From: Saccostrea echinata
Lineage: Eukaryota
DNA length: 64,000 bases
Direction of reading: 5' to 3'
NCBI RefSeq assembly: GCF_033153115.1
Contig: NW_026889779.1
Coordinates: 13,888,001-13,952,000 of the forward strand
The notes beneath the pieces are model-generated. The model did no database searches, was not told the DNA's origin, and was given only the letters and a program-made list of their open reading frames with translations. Positions 1 to 14,622 of the stretch are shown piece after piece; the first letter of the stretch is position 1, and every line of letters begins with the position of its first letter. Both the position numbers and the translations under genes were made by a program.

Positions 1-109
1 TTGTATGACAAAACGAAATTGTTATCGTACAGTCTATCTACAGTAGTTTTCCCAGAATCCCCGACCGTGAAGTCGAGCATGCGTATTTCAGAAATATAGA
101 CTAACGTAG

Positions 110-135
110 TTGCTAGCGCTCGAGAGCGCTAGCAA
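110..135. repeat. Perfect hairpin TTGCTAGCGCT-CGAG-AGCGCTAGCAA, probably a transposon terminus in a protease intron
   Basis: 11-bp inverted arms with a 4-nt loop are seen directly; the TE origin is inference. Confidence 0.4.
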
Positions 136-166
136 TAATGTAAGAAAATTAATTGATATTTCATAC

Positions 167-2233
167 TCTGGTTTCCTCTGATTTTGCCCCAGCCAGTGAT
201 GTAACACTCGTGTGAGTTGTGGTTGTAGTATCTATCTGATGGCAGCTTAGCTGCCTGCACCGTGTCCGAGAACACTAGGTTACCCTGGACCCGGAGAATT
301 GCTATATCATTAGGGAAGCCTGCCGAACTGCCACTGTAACCGGAGTGCTAAAACAGCCATTAATAATTTGGAAAAATCAAGCAAAATAAACTTTTTTCTC
401 CTCTTTTCTACCTGGCATTTCATTTTTAAAGATAAATTTTGGTGACCATTATAAATAAAAAAAAAATCTTTAAAAAAGTTTTCTTCCTATATCAACACTG
501 AGAAGCCCAGGATATGTATAGAATATTATGAACTAAATGTTTTCGTATTGTTTAATTAATTACTAAGTGAAGTCATAGAGGGTTTGTTTGAGAATTACCT
601 CAGTAATTGAGCTCAGTTTGTATACGGTACCACCTCCTCTGTTGGAAGATCCTACCTCAATATCAAAGAGAGAGTAGCTGGAAAACAATCAATATGAAAG
701 ATACATTGAGCAACACGTTTAATTAATTGAGGATCTGATTCATGTCCATTTAACACCAAATTCATTCCATTATTGTCTCATTAAACTAGGTCTATTTGTG
801 TACCGAACTGAAAACTGAAATTCTTACATTCTTCCGTTGACACAGTGAGCAGCAGTGAGGAGGTAATTCGGGCTGATGATGATGGCGCCGCATGTGTGTC
901 CTCCATTGTAACGAAGTGAGGCTTGCCACGGCCAGTCAGCAATGTTCGCATTACTGCCCCCGACAACACGAGTCTGTTATTCAGTAAATTAAAAAAAAAA
1001 TATCATACCAATTTCTATAAGACCTTTCTTCTACGTTCAATATCGGTTGTTATATTCGTGCAAACAGACAGAAATACTATTATTGGAAATTCGTATTAAA
1101 AAATCTTTTCTTCTGCGTGTGTGTGTTTTAAGTTTTTAAGTGAGTAACATTCAATTTAAATACTGAGAAATATACTACATACGTTGAAATCATATACAGG
1201 GGGTTCTCTTCCTGGCTGAACAGCCTTAAGTTCCTCCCCTACTGTGACCCCTGTTGAAAAAAAATATTCAAGTGTTTAAAGACTGATATCTTCAGCTATT
1301 GTCTTTCATTTTTTATAAAGAAAAAGAATTAAAATGTTTCTCTTTCATTTAAATGAAAATATCATTTATTATATCTTTTCTTGATTTAAGCATACATGTA
1401 TATTATATTGAAACATAATCAACTGGATTGGATATAAGTTATATTCATTTATACTTAGATTGCTCTCTCCAACAAAAGAAACTGAAAAAAAATCTTGTGA
1501 TGTACAGCGTAATAAATACACAATACTAAATTTAAAGTCCCAGAAGATAAGAGTATGGCCGAGTGAAAATTACATCGGTAAAAGAGTGAAAAAAGGAGGG
1601 ATGGGTTGGAGAAAGAATAGGAATGATTACATAGTCATTAGAACCTTTTCGATTATATACAGCTTTAGCATTAATGTCAATATTATTTTTGCGGCCAACA
1701 TTTAATGTCCCCCAGTAAGATCATTTCAAGACCTTTTATTCCTTTGTTAATATTAATACATTTTTATGATATGAATCAGAATTATTCTTACTTCTTTATA
1801 TTTCTTGTAATGTATGTAGTGATTCTCTGTTTTTACAATGATAAACCGAGAAAATAAAAAAATGAAGAATTTGAGAAAGTAGATGGAACAACCTAATACG
1901 TGCTGCTAATAATGCAGTTACTGAAGTCTTTCACAATCAGCTTCAGAAACTTTATTACATATATGTATTTCTGACAGTATAATTCATGTAATATAAGTTT
2001 TAGCTAAACAGTCAGGATTCAATTTTAAATTGAATTTATAGAGAACTGCAATTTTTTTATAATACTGTCGATGTGAGCTGTATATTTCCCAAAATTCGGA
2101 AACGTTAACGTTACATTGTGCTAGTCAAAGAATAGATGACTTTTTTGGTAAAGATGAAGTATGCAAAGTTATTCTAAAAAAACGTAATGAAATGCTTACC
2201 AAACACCAAACACAGCAGAATCAACCCGATCAT
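167..2233 (-). CDS. Secreted trypsin/chymotrypsin-like serine protease (S1A), 5' five exons; 3' exons lie left of the window
   Basis: Phase-consistent GT-AG exons 2233-2200, 1250-1198, 973-828, 677-599 and 347-167 give [76 protein letters not shown]...PNDIAILRV...[14 protein letters not shown]. This includes a signal peptide, R-VVGG activation site, TAAHC (His57) and NDIAIL (Asp102). GDSGGP is not in the window. The ORF track misses this gene. Confidence 0.95.
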
Positions 2234-2287
2234 ATCCGATTTATTGTTACAATATACCTGCTGTAGATAGTGATGTGCGGTCGTTCA

Positions 2288-2294
2288 TTTATAA
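2288..2294 (-). promoter_or_regulatory. Candidate TATA box of the serine protease gene
   Basis: TATAAAT on the minus strand about 55 nt upstream of the ATG at 2233. Confidence 0.35.
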
Positions 2295-2829
2295 ACCAGT
2301 TTCAAGGTACAGATGACAATTCACATTGTTAACCTTCTAAACGTCAGGAAAATCACGCAATAAAACTCCATTTTCATCCAAAATAATCTATAATATTTGC
2401 TTTGTGGAATACTTAAATATCGCAATAAATTCAAATTCTCATGCGTATGTACGATTTTAATTTATTGTTGCGGTAAACATCCCAAACGTTTCATTCCAGC
2501 TTAGTTAAATCTAAAAATTAATTTTTTGTCAGATTTCTGACTAATTAAATCATCTAAAATATATTTGCAAATATGGTATGTCCTTAGTATTGAAATGTTA
2601 GGAATTTAAAAGATCGATCATATTTTTCTTTCTTTTTACAATTGTAAGAACGATTTTGCTTATACCTACAGTATGTAATTTAATATTTGTAATGTTAAAA
2701 TAAACCTTGAAAGTTCACTCAACAGCAAACATTGTTTTCCCCGTAAAAAGCACCGATTTTTGGATGCCTGGCTAGAAGTCTTTCAGTGCAGACCTTCCCT
2801 AATGAAATTACGATATATTGATAGGATAT

Positions 2830-3047
2830 GTGCAGGCCCATAGAACTCGGGGGGGGGGCATATTTTCTGAGCAAAGTATTTTGCTATAGTAAATTTTCCT
2901 TTAGATACTGGTATGACTCCCACTTTTTGAAGGTTTTGCAAAGTAGAACACTGGCAAAATCCAGGATGTGGACGGTAAATTAGCTTTTTTTTAATTTTGC
3001 TTGCAGATAATTTTGGGAAGTCCCCCCCCCCCACCTTATAATCAGTT

Positions 3048-3084
<37 letters not shown>

Positions 3085-3975
3085 TTTCAGATTTTTGGGA
3101 AGTAGCCCCACCCCACCCCACTTTTGAAACCGTTGCTACGGGTCTGAATTGAGCTTGATATATTTTCAGCTTTAGAAGTCAGTGGTCTAAATTACATGTA
3201 TTAACATTAGGGTTACAAATCTTTGTATTTCGTTTTTTATAACTTACATACATCAATGGCATGTTTTTATTACTCCCACGAAATGTGTTGTAAATTTATT
3301 TCGCGAGTGGTGCTTCTCGCGAAATTACATGATAATTAATTTCTCATATATATTAAGAAATCTACAGTAATGTATCTATTTCCTTTGATTATATCCTTTC
3401 CAAAGCTGTAGAGTACAAATGTGGTAACAAAAAATCTAAACCAATGCACACTGGACCTTAGGGAGGATACCAACATATTTGAAATGGATCATAAAAGGAA
3501 GATGTATTCTATTGATTGTTAAAATTACATTTTTTGCTTACTTTTATAATTTAAGAGTTCCAATTATTGAGGGACCTTTGTGCAATTTTATAATTCCTGC
3601 TAATGCTGAACACCTCCTCTAAATCAAATAAAGGAAATATCAGCTAAAACTATATTTTTGTTAACTTTATCTTTAAAAATAGGAAGATTTTCATCATTTG
3701 ATATCTAGGCCCGTAGAACGCAAATGGAAGGGGGGTCCGATTTTTCTGAGTATAGTATTTTGCTGTGGTAAAGTTTCCTTTAGATACAGGTCCCCCTTTT
3801 TTTTGTTGCTGTAAAGGCGAGCACTGGGAATTTCCAGGATTTGTACAGTCAATAAGTTTTTTTTTTTTGCATGTCAGATTATTTTTGGGAAGCCCCCTCC
3901 CACATTCGGTCAGTCTATTTTTCTTGGGGGGGGGGGGGGTTGCCTCCCTTTTTTGAAACCGTTGCCACGGACCTG
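2830..3975. repeat. Two diverged copies (about 2830-3145 and 3706-3975) of a short G/C-tract MITE-like repeat
   Basis: Shared blocks AGGCCC(A/G)TAGAAC, TTTTCTGAG..AGTATTTTGCT, TTTCCTTTAGATAC and TTTTGAAACCGTTGC in the same order. Confidence 0.6.
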
Positions 3976-4457
3976 ATATCTGTTCAAAACTTCTAGTAAT
4001 GTATGGTGATTTTTTTGTCTGAGAACATATTTGATGGTAGTATGATTTTAAATTAAGAATATCTTGGAAAATATCAGTGGGAAAGGTACATTGTAGAGTA
4101 CACGCACATGTACGTTGCATATGTCCTAACATCTAAAGATTGTTACGCTCCCGTAAGTTTGATATCGTTACATTTCTTTGAACGTGCTTACACATAATAA
4201 TTTGCTAAAAAAAATCACTAGCTAAAAAAACTGTGCAAATAAATAAAACACTGGTTTTTGTGAACACTTTTTATTGGCTACTTATCAGAAAACAACAGTC
4301 AAGAGTTCTCAATATGACGTCATGGAACCACTTCAGTCATTGAAAATTACACCAAAAAACTAACAAAAAGAACGGTATAATAAAAAATAGTGCTAAAAAC
4401 ATGTTTCCTAAAAGAACATCTCCATTATTTTGTCAAAGTATAATAAAACCCTTAAAA

Positions 4458-4870
4458 AAGAGGCTCGCGGGCCACAATGCTCACCTGAGTAACTATTCTC
4501 ATTCTGTCAAATGAATATTCTTATCTTAATATTTGCCACCACCACCCTTTTGTGACCGGCATTTGCTTAAAAATTAAATCTACACTAATTAAGGAAGTTT
4601 TCTTTAAAGTGTTGTTCCAGAGGTTCTTGACAATTTTAAATGATCCCAGCCTACACATTTTTTTCACTTATTACCTTCCCTTGAGAAAGGGAATAGCCCT
4701 TCATTTGAATAACTTGAATTTCCATTACCCAAGGATGCTGACTGAAAATGACCCAAAGTTCTTGTCATAAGAAGAAGCTAAAAATGTAAAAAGATAATGA
4801 CAACAGACAGAGAGAAGACAGACAAACTTTGAGAAGGAAGCTCGCTTGAGCTTCCAGGTATGGTAAGCTT
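4458..4870 (-). mobile_element. Degenerate non-autonomous Helentron-type (HINE-like) element
   Basis: AAGAGGCTCGCGGGCCACAATGCTCACCTGAG end, (GACA)-type microsatellite, and AGCTCGCTTGAGCTT...AAGCT hairpin end; this layout is typical of bivalve HINEs. Confidence 0.55.
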
Positions 4871-7299
4871 GAAAGGGTTCACAATTTTAGCTTTCTGTTT
4901 TGAAAAATATTTTTGTTTATGTATTTCTTATTCATAAGATCTGTCTTCATCTGAGATGAGCTTTTTTGGAACATTTTCAATTTTATTAAAATTTTCCTAT
5001 AAACTAAAGAGCATGCTTATGTGATAAAAAAGAGTGAAAACAAAACATGTCTACAGTAAGATTTAAAAATTAATTAGAAATATGTTTCCTTTGCCCTTTG
5101 CATAAAATTCGGAGGAAAATATCATCTACCAGAAATATTACATAAAATTCCAGCTAGATAAAAATATTCAGAGAAAAATAAGATATGCATAAAAAATCTG
5201 TGCTGGAATAATATAAATACCATTAAATCTTATTTTATAAAGATAATTATTTGTTTCAGAGAGTATTAATACAAAAAAATTCTATCTAAAACCAAAAAAC
5301 AATTTCATTCATATCTATGTTATCTTCCATTGTACAATTCGATGTTGTCACGTCAGATCAATTAAAAAGTACAACAAAATTACACAGACTTTGTTCTAAT
5401 GCAAGTCACTCTGAAATAATTAAAGTTATTTGTTCCCTCATCAAAATCTTTCCTTATTGAATTTACAGATTTCCAGTAATACATAAACTGAAAACAACTT
5501 GTGATTGTAAAACTTTTGTCCACTTTTAGTCAATTCATCTTCCTCCACCCATTACAAAATCTGTTGAATCCCAGTACCCAAAAATTTTAAAATTTAAATT
5601 TGAACCCTTTATTCTGAAAGATGTTGTAGGATGGCACCCTGACAGATAAGTAAACATTTCAAGGTTTCCTTAATTAAGTTTATGTAAGTTCAATGCAGCT
5701 ATGCTTTATATGTAATTTTTTCTCTCCACTTTTTAAGATTATAAACATTTTTGTTTGACTGGACAGTTTACAGAAAGCAAACAATAAGAATCTTGATAAT
5801 CAGGACTACAATGACATTGACATAAAAAAAAATGTTTTAAAAAGGAACTCTAATCAAACCATGAACTTTTCATTCTACAACAGAAGACTTGATCTATTAC
5901 TTTTACAAAGCAGCTACTCTGTTTAAAGCAAGCAAAAAAGCATGATAAAAATAATCATGTGGCAAACATCAGTTTGGAAAAAACCTGATATCGGTAATAT
6001 TGCTGAATTCAACAATGGCTGCTGACTTTGTCAGATGTGAAGATACTGGATTCAACTTTACTCATTCCATTTTTTTTTTTTGAAATTGACATAAAATTCA
6101 TTTTGGTTCAGAAATAAGCTATCTTTAAAAAAAAACAATAACCTTTTCTGCTGAAACCATAATTATGAAGGTAGACAGATTAAGAATAAATCTAAGCTAT
6201 TAAGAGTCAATTTCTGCAACTGCTGCTGAATCTTCCAACATGACCAAATTCAAAACTTTTCCTGGACTGATATGAAACAATTAAATGTGACAGCTGAATA
6301 AAGTCTATGCTAATGGCAAAGCCGAAGAATCAAACTGAGAGATAATAAAATTTCAGTGCACATATAGGTCAGACTGTGCTTATTTTTTGTGTGGACATCA
6401 CAGATTTTTCATGGTAGTACTGAATTCTTTTTTCTATCCTGAATATAAATATCTAATTTTGAATTGTCATTAACTAATCCAATAGAAAAATATAAAGAGA
6501 GAAAAATATAGGGAAAAATATTTTTGGTAACTATTTCAGTTTTGGTTGAAATCTGGAAGGATAAAAAAAAATTGTCTAGTTAAAAGAAAATTCTAAATCA
6601 AATCCAGAAATAATCTGATACAATCAGATAAAAAAAAATGTATGGTACAACAAGTTAATGGCAAAACACACTTATAATAAGCACTATGCTTGTAAGAAAG
6701 TTTTTTTTTTACCAAGAAAGGCAAATAATGAAACATTAAGGACAAATAACCCTGTGCAAAGAAAGGTAACTATAACATCTACAGATAACTATTTACGATA
6801 TAAATTATCATCTTTAACAATGATTTATCTCAAACGTTGTCCTATTGGATAAAATAAATTTGCTGGAATTTTATCTTTATATTATATACATCTTCTCTTT
6901 GAAAATTGTCATAATTGAATTATTTTTCAGAGCAAAGGGTTATTTCTCTCTCTTAATTAGATAAAGTGGATAGCTGACACAACAAAGCATAATGGTGGTT
7001 TGCTATATTTCTGCTTAACTGTACTGGGAACTAGCTTACAGGCTCTTCACACGAAAAGAAAACATGATGGATCACATCTGGAATTCTGTGGCCACTTCAT
7101 CACAGCTAAGTTTATAAAAAGATATTTTAAAAATATTTATCACCCATCTTCACAAATGTTGGGTTTCATCAATACCTATACATGATTAAGTAGTAATAAT
7201 AATTAATCAACAATTGTCAACCATGAAATTAATATTTCTGTACTTTTCTGACATTGTCCTTATTCATTTATAGTACAAAACATATACATGTATACAATA

Positions 7300-7516
7300 C
7301 TGTAAATTCCTTATTTTACACGAGTACTTAATATCGCGAAGTGGCCCAAGGGCGTCAAACTGCGAGAACAATAATTCGCGAATGGGTGATTTTTCTAGAG
7401 ATTTTACATACATTAAAGCACCATAAAAATAAAAGCGAGTAATTTTATTTCGCGAGTGGTGCTTCTCGCGTAATTACGCGATAATTTATTCCTCGCGTAT
7501 ATTTAGGAATTTACAG
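7300..7516. mobile_element. Tc1/mariner-type MITE
   Basis: TIRs CTGTAAATTCCT / AGGAATTTACAG flanked by TA, with internal TCGCGA repeats; partial copy at about 3290-3369. Confidence 0.75.
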
Positions 7517-8021
7517 TAACATGTAAAAGCCCATAATATTCAATTCAAAACCATCCAATATTAAGTGATTGATTACCACATTTAATGTCAACACACAACA
7601 AAGCTTAAGACTCAAATAAATTCACTAATACATAACACTGAACTGAAGGTGTAGTATGAATTTGCTAAGTTCAGAATAAAATATACCATCAAAGGTTCCT
7701 GGAAATGTCAAGGCTTTAATCTGAAAGTCAGTAAGATGATTAAATCCTACCAGAAAGCTTGAATAATTTTCTACTGCTATTGAAATATAAAAATACATCT
7801 TTCAATTTTCTCTCATAAATATAAGAAAACTTTAAATGTGAATTATCACATTGAACAATCTTTGTAAAAACAACAAATATTTATCAAAGAGCACATGCAC
7901 ATTTAAGTTCAAACTATATAAACTTTACAGAGAGCTGTATTCGTGTCTAATCACATAATATCATGGCAATGTCTATACATATTGCAATCTCAATGTAAGA
8001 CTGTCATGACTATGGGAAAAG

Positions 8022-11000
8022 TTACTTCACTTCATTTTCACCATTCTTTGATACCTCTGTTTCTTTCTTTTCAGCAGACAGGTCAGATTCTGAGTTGACC
8101 AGATTCTGAGAACTGGTTACAACACTGTTTGTTTCCACAACAGATTTGTGTGTATCAGAGTTGTGTTGTTCATCTGAGATCTGTTCCTTGATTGAATTTT
8201 CTGGATTTGCAGTACTAGCACCTAATGTGTCCTTGTCTGTCTGACTGTCAGTATTTAACAATGCCTCTTCATCAATTTCTTCCTCCTCTGTAGCTGAAAT
8301 CCCCTCGACAGAGGTTACGCTGACTAGTAACGAGTCTGAGGATGTAGCTGCACTCGGTTTCTCTGGCTCAGGCTTGTAAAATATACAATGTTTCTATTAA
8401 TACACATATTACAAATGACCAAAAAAAAAGATACATGAAGCATACAATGTATATACCACAATGCTCACCAGTAAAATTTCCTACCCTGACAAATGAATAT
8501 GTGAATGACAGTAATTTTTCTACATTTTTAAAGGGGCCTGGGCCTTTACAATTGGGAAAAATCATGGACATTTGTGTCAAATTGGGAAAAATCAATATTG
8601 AACAAGATTTTCATTAATAACCTTAATTAGCTTTTTGACATCAGAGACAGCTGCTTTTTCAATAAAAATGGAACTCGTAAATACTGTATAGCGGGTTATT
8701 TTAGTGGGGTGCTAATTTTGGCTTAATTTAGCATTTTGGTAGTAGCCTGCTAAAATTTTAATAATCAGTATTCTTCTTAGTGTTCTTTTGAAAAGAGTTT
8801 GAAACCTATGTCAACTAAAATAAATTATGCCAAAATTTTTGGCATGCCTTTGAGCAAGCAAAATGCCAAATTTTACACCCACCAAGAAAACCCGTAATAC
8901 GGTATACTTCCCTTGTTTTTGGTCATTTGCAAAATTATTTTGTTAAAAACATTCTGATTGAACACACAAGTACTCTGAAGTTGATATTGAAAAGATTTCT
9001 GATTCTGTTTCTGATTGACAATATCTATGTAGCTTTTTGAGATCATGTCTTCCAAAAATGTTGGAATTCCCATGGGTACCAATTGCTCCCCATTATTAGC
9101 AAATCTCATTTTGTATTCATATGAAGCAGAATTTATTAAAAAACTTCTACATGAGAAGAAGAAAATGCTCGCTGTGGCCTTCAACTAGACAATCAGTTGG
9201 AATTCCCATGGGTACATGTACCAATCGCACCCCCTTATTAGCAGACCTATTTTTGTATTCATATGAAGCAGAATTTATTTAAAAATTTCTACATGAGAAG
9301 AAAACACTTCCTGTGGCCTTCTACTCGACATTTAGATAATTATTATCAATTAACAATAGATACTTCCATTCATTTGTTGACTTGATATATCCAAGTGAGC
9401 TTGAAATAAAAGATACCACAGTCTGACACATTTGTTTCATATTTGGATATTTAACTATAAAAAGACATTAATGGTAACCTAACAATAAACAAGATGACAT
9501 CAACTTTCCAATCGTCATCTTCCCTTACTTATGTAGCAATATTCCTTTTTCACCTGCATATGGGGTTTTTGTCTCTCAGTTGATTTGTTACGCAAGAGCA
9601 TGCTCTACACTTGAACAATTTCTAAATCAAGGCAAGCTATTGACCAACAAGTTGATGAAACAAGGAAATCTACAGTCTCGTTTGAAGTCATCATTTCATA
9701 AGTTTTACGGTCGATACAATGACCTTGTCAGCTTATACAACCTATCATAGAGTCAAATGCTGACTGATGTTTTTCATACTAATTGTTAGACGATTATTTA
9801 TACACTGAACTGTCTACAGATTTTTCCTTTTTTTTTCCCCGATCATGACAAGGAGCTCAAAGCGGTGTGACCGGACAGAAGGGGATGCTTACTCCTCCAT
9901 GGCACCTGATCCCACCTCTAATAGTGAGCGCAGCGAGCGGCGCTTCTCTCGCAATGCTAGCTCTAACGACAATGCCTGGGCGAAGAGAAAATTCGGACTT
10001 ACACATTGATCCAAACAAATTTTTTTCCACAGTAACTTTTGGACCCACAATGCATCGCTTGTTTAAGCTACGTTCTCGCGAGAATAACAACAAAAGTTTA
10101 ACAAAAAAATTAAACTCGCCTTGATTTAATGGATATATTGCAGATAAATAGTAAATAAAAAACGTTCTTCATTAAAGTCAACAATGTTCAGTCTTCGGTT
10201 TGGTAATGCAACTTAAATACGATGTCATGTGACGTCAGAGTCTATACGCACCGTCACGTGCAGTTTGACGATCGAGCCCAATCTAAATTAAACTTGAATA
10301 AACATCTGCGCTCGCCCTAACGGTCGCACTGTCAACATATTATTTGAGGTCTGTGTTTGCTCTGCTCCAAATTTGTATTGTTTCATTGGACTTTCGTGAT
10401 TGAATACTGTTTGTTATCTTCATATTTCATTGCTTCATTGAAAAATGAACAAATTTTATACTTGAAATCAATCAATTATTAGTTGATTATAGTGCATCCA
10501 ATCATTCCGATAATCGATTATGAAAAAAATTCCGATTTCCCATCACTATTCTATGATATATTTAATATTGTTTTGACATATGTGTGTTTTTCAATGTCTT
10601 GTAAATGGAGAGAATAAATCTGCTGTTTTCGCCATTATCTTAAGAGTCTGAATGACTGAGAACAGTAACGTTCCACTTTAGATAAATCGTACGTTAAAAA
10701 ATCAATATAACAAATCACACAATTTTATTTTGGGGAAAAAGCAACCTAAATTGGAAAATATAGGTAATTTTTGAGAGGGGAAAAGGTCAATATTCGGACC
10801 TAAATTGGGAGGTAGAAAAATCACTGATTGAAACCCATTATTGTACATGAAACTTCATAAAAATATAATTTCATCAATTCTAATATACACTTTATTTAAA
10901 GATAACAAGTCTTTAAACTGTAGCTTTTTTATTATTGAGAAAATCTATTTATTCCTTTGTAAGAGTTTGATCTTGCAGTAACTTGCATATAAGTTTTGAC

Positions 11001-14000
11001 AAACTGTAGTTCTGCTTTTCAAAATAAAGATTTTTAGTATATTCTCCTAAGTTACAAAACATTGGTCCATTTTCAGCCCCACCCTAACCCAAGGGGGGAG
11101 GGGGTGACATTACTACTCACTTCATAAGACTCATTCTGGACAAGAAGAATTTTTAAGATTGTTCTATTAACTTTGAAAATAAAACTTTGATCCCATATCA
11201 TGGCAACATCACATCTCCAAGGATCATGACTTGAACAAACTTAAATCATCAGTGCATATGATTGCTTGTATATGGTTCTGCTATTCTTGAGAAGTCTTTT
11301 TCCTATATATTCCTATGTAAAACCTTGACACCTATTGTGGCCCAAGATTTGAACAAATTTGAATTTGAACTACATTGGGATGCTAGTTTATCAGTAAAGA
11401 TTTTCTCCATAATTATATGGGTGCCAGTCAAAGTGCCCCTTAATAAAACTCCCTCAGTCAGAAAGCCCCCTAATTTTATTCAATGCACCCCTTATAGAGC
11501 CATAGCTGCCTCTCCGACGACACGGCCGACTCAAGAATTTAAAAGGAAATCACCTGTTTCTATTTATGATATACCTTTTCAATTCAAGATCAAACTATGT
11601 AATATGGTTTGAGGACGAGTATTATATTTTCATAGTTGCAAGTATGTCAAATGACATTCATTTAATTGGTTCAATACTCTAATTCTGAGACAAAAGATTT
11701 AGAAAATCAATAAAAATAAAACAAGTAGCTATGAATTTACAAACTTCAGTTAAAGCTATATATGGCGTATCTGAGCTAAAAAAAAAAATAATAAAAATAA
11801 AAATACGAGATTGAGTGAAGATAAATGTGATATATGTTTTTTACGTTCAAATAAAAATTTTCACCGATTTTGAACTTGAATAACCTAATGTTTCCATAGT
11901 TAAATTGATTTTAAACTGTGTCTGTTAATTAAATGCGGAGTCGTTAAATAAATTGGATATTGTATTAAATTTCTAATACCTGTGAAACGTGATTGATTTT
12001 AATTGATAATTAAAATCATATCCAAATAAAATTATTCAAAAGTTGTTTTTCTGGTTAAGGGTGGTCTTTGGCAACAGTTTGTCATCTTTAGGTGGATACC
12101 TCAATATTTACTATACACTCTATACAAACTGGATAAATTTTATATTTATCATATGAAGGAACTATCAGTATTGAAATATCATTATTGTGTGGTTTGGTTT
12201 TACGTATGTATAAACTGATATTGTATGACAAAATTTTGGATAAACAATGAATTTAAGAAATCACTAGTAGAGTAGGCGAAAATGCCTATCAAATACACTA
12301 TGGCTCTTTGGTCAAACCACTCAGTATCATAATTTCATAGAACTGTCATTTTGATACAACCCCCTCTCCCCTAAGTACTGGTCAAAGCATCCCTGAGTTT
12401 TGATCAAAGCATCCCCGTCATAATTTTATAGAAAATTGTTGTTGTACAAAGCCATCCCCAAGATGACATCTAGCTAGTATTGTTTATTTCATCAACCATG
12501 TCTTCCTTTCTAAATTTTTCTTTCTTATTTTTCTAATGATGAATGATACAGAAAATATATTTTTTAATGTTAAAATTGTTTTTTGTTTTACACAGTTATC
12601 ATACTGTAACTTACAACAAATTATTATTTGCAAAACTGAAGATAAACAGGTTTGAAAAAGGATCCATTTAGGCTGTTCTTTTTTTTTTTTATCTTAAATT
12701 ATGAAAAAAAATATCAGATGGGAAATCTGAAAGTTTGGGTAAACAAACAGTCTACAGTAATTAACTCACCTCTTTTCCTTTTAGTCTCTGGTTTTCCACT
12801 TTCAGCTCAGAGTTCTCCTTCTGAAGCCTCTGTAATTCTTTTTGCAAACTTTCTATCAACAGATCTTTTGAATCCTGCACAGAGTTATTGGATTACATTG
12901 ATAAATGCATAATATATCAGAATACATGTAGTAGTCCCATCCATAAGAAGAGGTGCCTTTTAAAAGACTTGCTGATATTTTATCCCCTTGACAATGCTAT
13001 TCAAAATGACATTTTAAGTAACAGCAAAGCTAGCATTTTTAAAAAGATTATCTGAATTTTCATTGTCAATTTCATCTTATATTTAATGTAATTTGATGGT
13101 GAATTTTTCTTTCAAGTGAAGTTGACAGAAATTCTTAATGGATGTGACTACCATTCTTGCAACTGAATTTATAAGGAAACAGGATTTTATATAGAATAAA
13201 TACTTGGAAGAGGAAGTGTTTGTGTTGTATATTTTTTTTTTCGAAATTATTTTTTTCAGTAGTGTTATTTTCCTTATTTAATTGTATAATAATGTATTTA
13301 TATTTGAAAGAATATACAATCCCCAAATTAATTTTTTAAAAATTAATTTTTAAGAAAAATAATTAAGTATTCATAATAAATATAAGACATAACTGTATTG
13401 TTGTAAATACACAACCTTCTGATATTTCCAGAGTGTTGAAGAAATTTACATTACTCATGTAGTGATAATTTAGTATTCATGATATTTACACAGAAATAAT
13501 TGTCAATGAATACAAACACGATTAAATTATAAACTGTTAACTACAAAAAATAAAATGGTTACTTTTAAATTGCAATATCAGTGTAAGTAAAAAATATATG
13601 CATAGCCATTTTGATTGTTTGTACCATACTAAAATAAATGAAAATAATATTTGATTACAAACCTTTTTATTGCTTGTATGGTTGTTGGGATCGGTTAGTG
13701 CAATATAATTAGGGCGTATTATTTTATCATAGGGTTTTTCTCTATGCAGAACTCGGGTTTCAGTTGGAATGACAAGTTTTGATCCCTGAATGCTTGGGGA
13801 TGTATCAGCAACAGACACTATGGTAGTTTCACTACACTGTAGGTTATTGCTTGGATTTTCTGTGGTAGAACCAGAACAGGGTGGGGAACTGATTGAGGTT
13901 TCAGGGATAAGTCCACTATTCTCTGTGGATATGGTTGGATGAGGGGAGGCACTTTCTTCTTGGGGACTTAGGTTGGATTCAGACTGCACTACCTCTGTCT

Positions 14001-14622
14001 GAGACACACTTGAACTTGACACCACGGTATGAGTCTGTAGAGATGAACTGCTTACAGTAGTTGTAAACATATTTTGACCATTTTGAAGGACAAATGCTGG
14101 TCTTGGAATCTGGATGTTGTTTCCAATTAAATTCCTAACCAATGCACCATTACCCGCCTGTTGAGGTGAATTCAGATTAACCCTGGCATTCATTAACTGT
14201 GCTTGTCCTTGTGGATTGATATTAACCCTTGGTCCAATCAGGGCATTGACTTTAATACCACTCTGTCCCTGTGGAGTGAAATTATATCTTGAACTAAGCA
14301 TTCCACTAACAGGAACTTCAGACATTCCATTATGTACAAATCCTTGAGCTTGCTGCTGTAATAGATTCGTCCCAGGTTGTCTTAAAAGTAAAGGTTGCCC
14401 CTGTCTCAACAAGACCTGGCCAGGTTGAGCAATATTTGGATGCTGGAGCATCATAGGGCTTCCAGACAAAACGGCCTGACTTGGTTGCATTGCCTGCATC
14501 AGATTTAGAGGATATGCTGAAAGACCTGCTGGATTACCAACCATTGGTTGCCTTATGTAGGCATAGTTTCTACCAGCACCAGGTATTTGGTGGGTTGCCA
14601 TGGCATTGGGGTGAAAATTCAT
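8022..14622 (-). CDS. Uncharacterised ~471-aa protein: Q/P/G/N-rich disordered N-terminus, Ser/Thr-rich middle, leucine-zipper-like coiled coil, acidic tail
   Basis: Coding exons 14622-13663 (acceptor at 14697), 12874-12770 (DSKDLLIESLQKELQRLQKENSELKVENQRLKGKE) and 8372-8022 are all phase 0 with GT-AG sites. A probable non-coding exon has its donor at 15104. Additional small exons in the repeat-filled intron cannot be excluded. Confidence 0.75.
8905..10430 (+). mobile_element. Decayed Penelope-like retroelement RT fragment in the orphan gene intron, with an internal tandem duplication and a nested insertion
   Basis: GIPMGTNCSP-like coding block present twice (about 9058-9190 and 9197-9330), YARACS relic, the same 3' tail as the copy at 16724, ending in ATTTCAT at about 10430. 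Confidence 0.85.
9921..10338. mobile_element. Non-autonomous element inserted in the Penelope-like 3' tail
   Basis: The tail breaks after CCCACCTCT and resumes near TTTGAGGTCTGTGTTTGCTCTGCTCC (about 10344). The insert has sub-terminal inverted repeats GAGCGCAG / CTGCGCTC. Confidence 0.6.

Noticed and set aside
781-969. 62-aa ORF MLSGAVMR...
   Set aside because: Wrong frame over protease exon 3; the real frame reads TRVVGG...TAAHC
2783-4132. Lys/Pro-rich ORFs of 112 and 160 aa
   Set aside because: Derived from poly-T and poly-G tracts within MITE-like repeats
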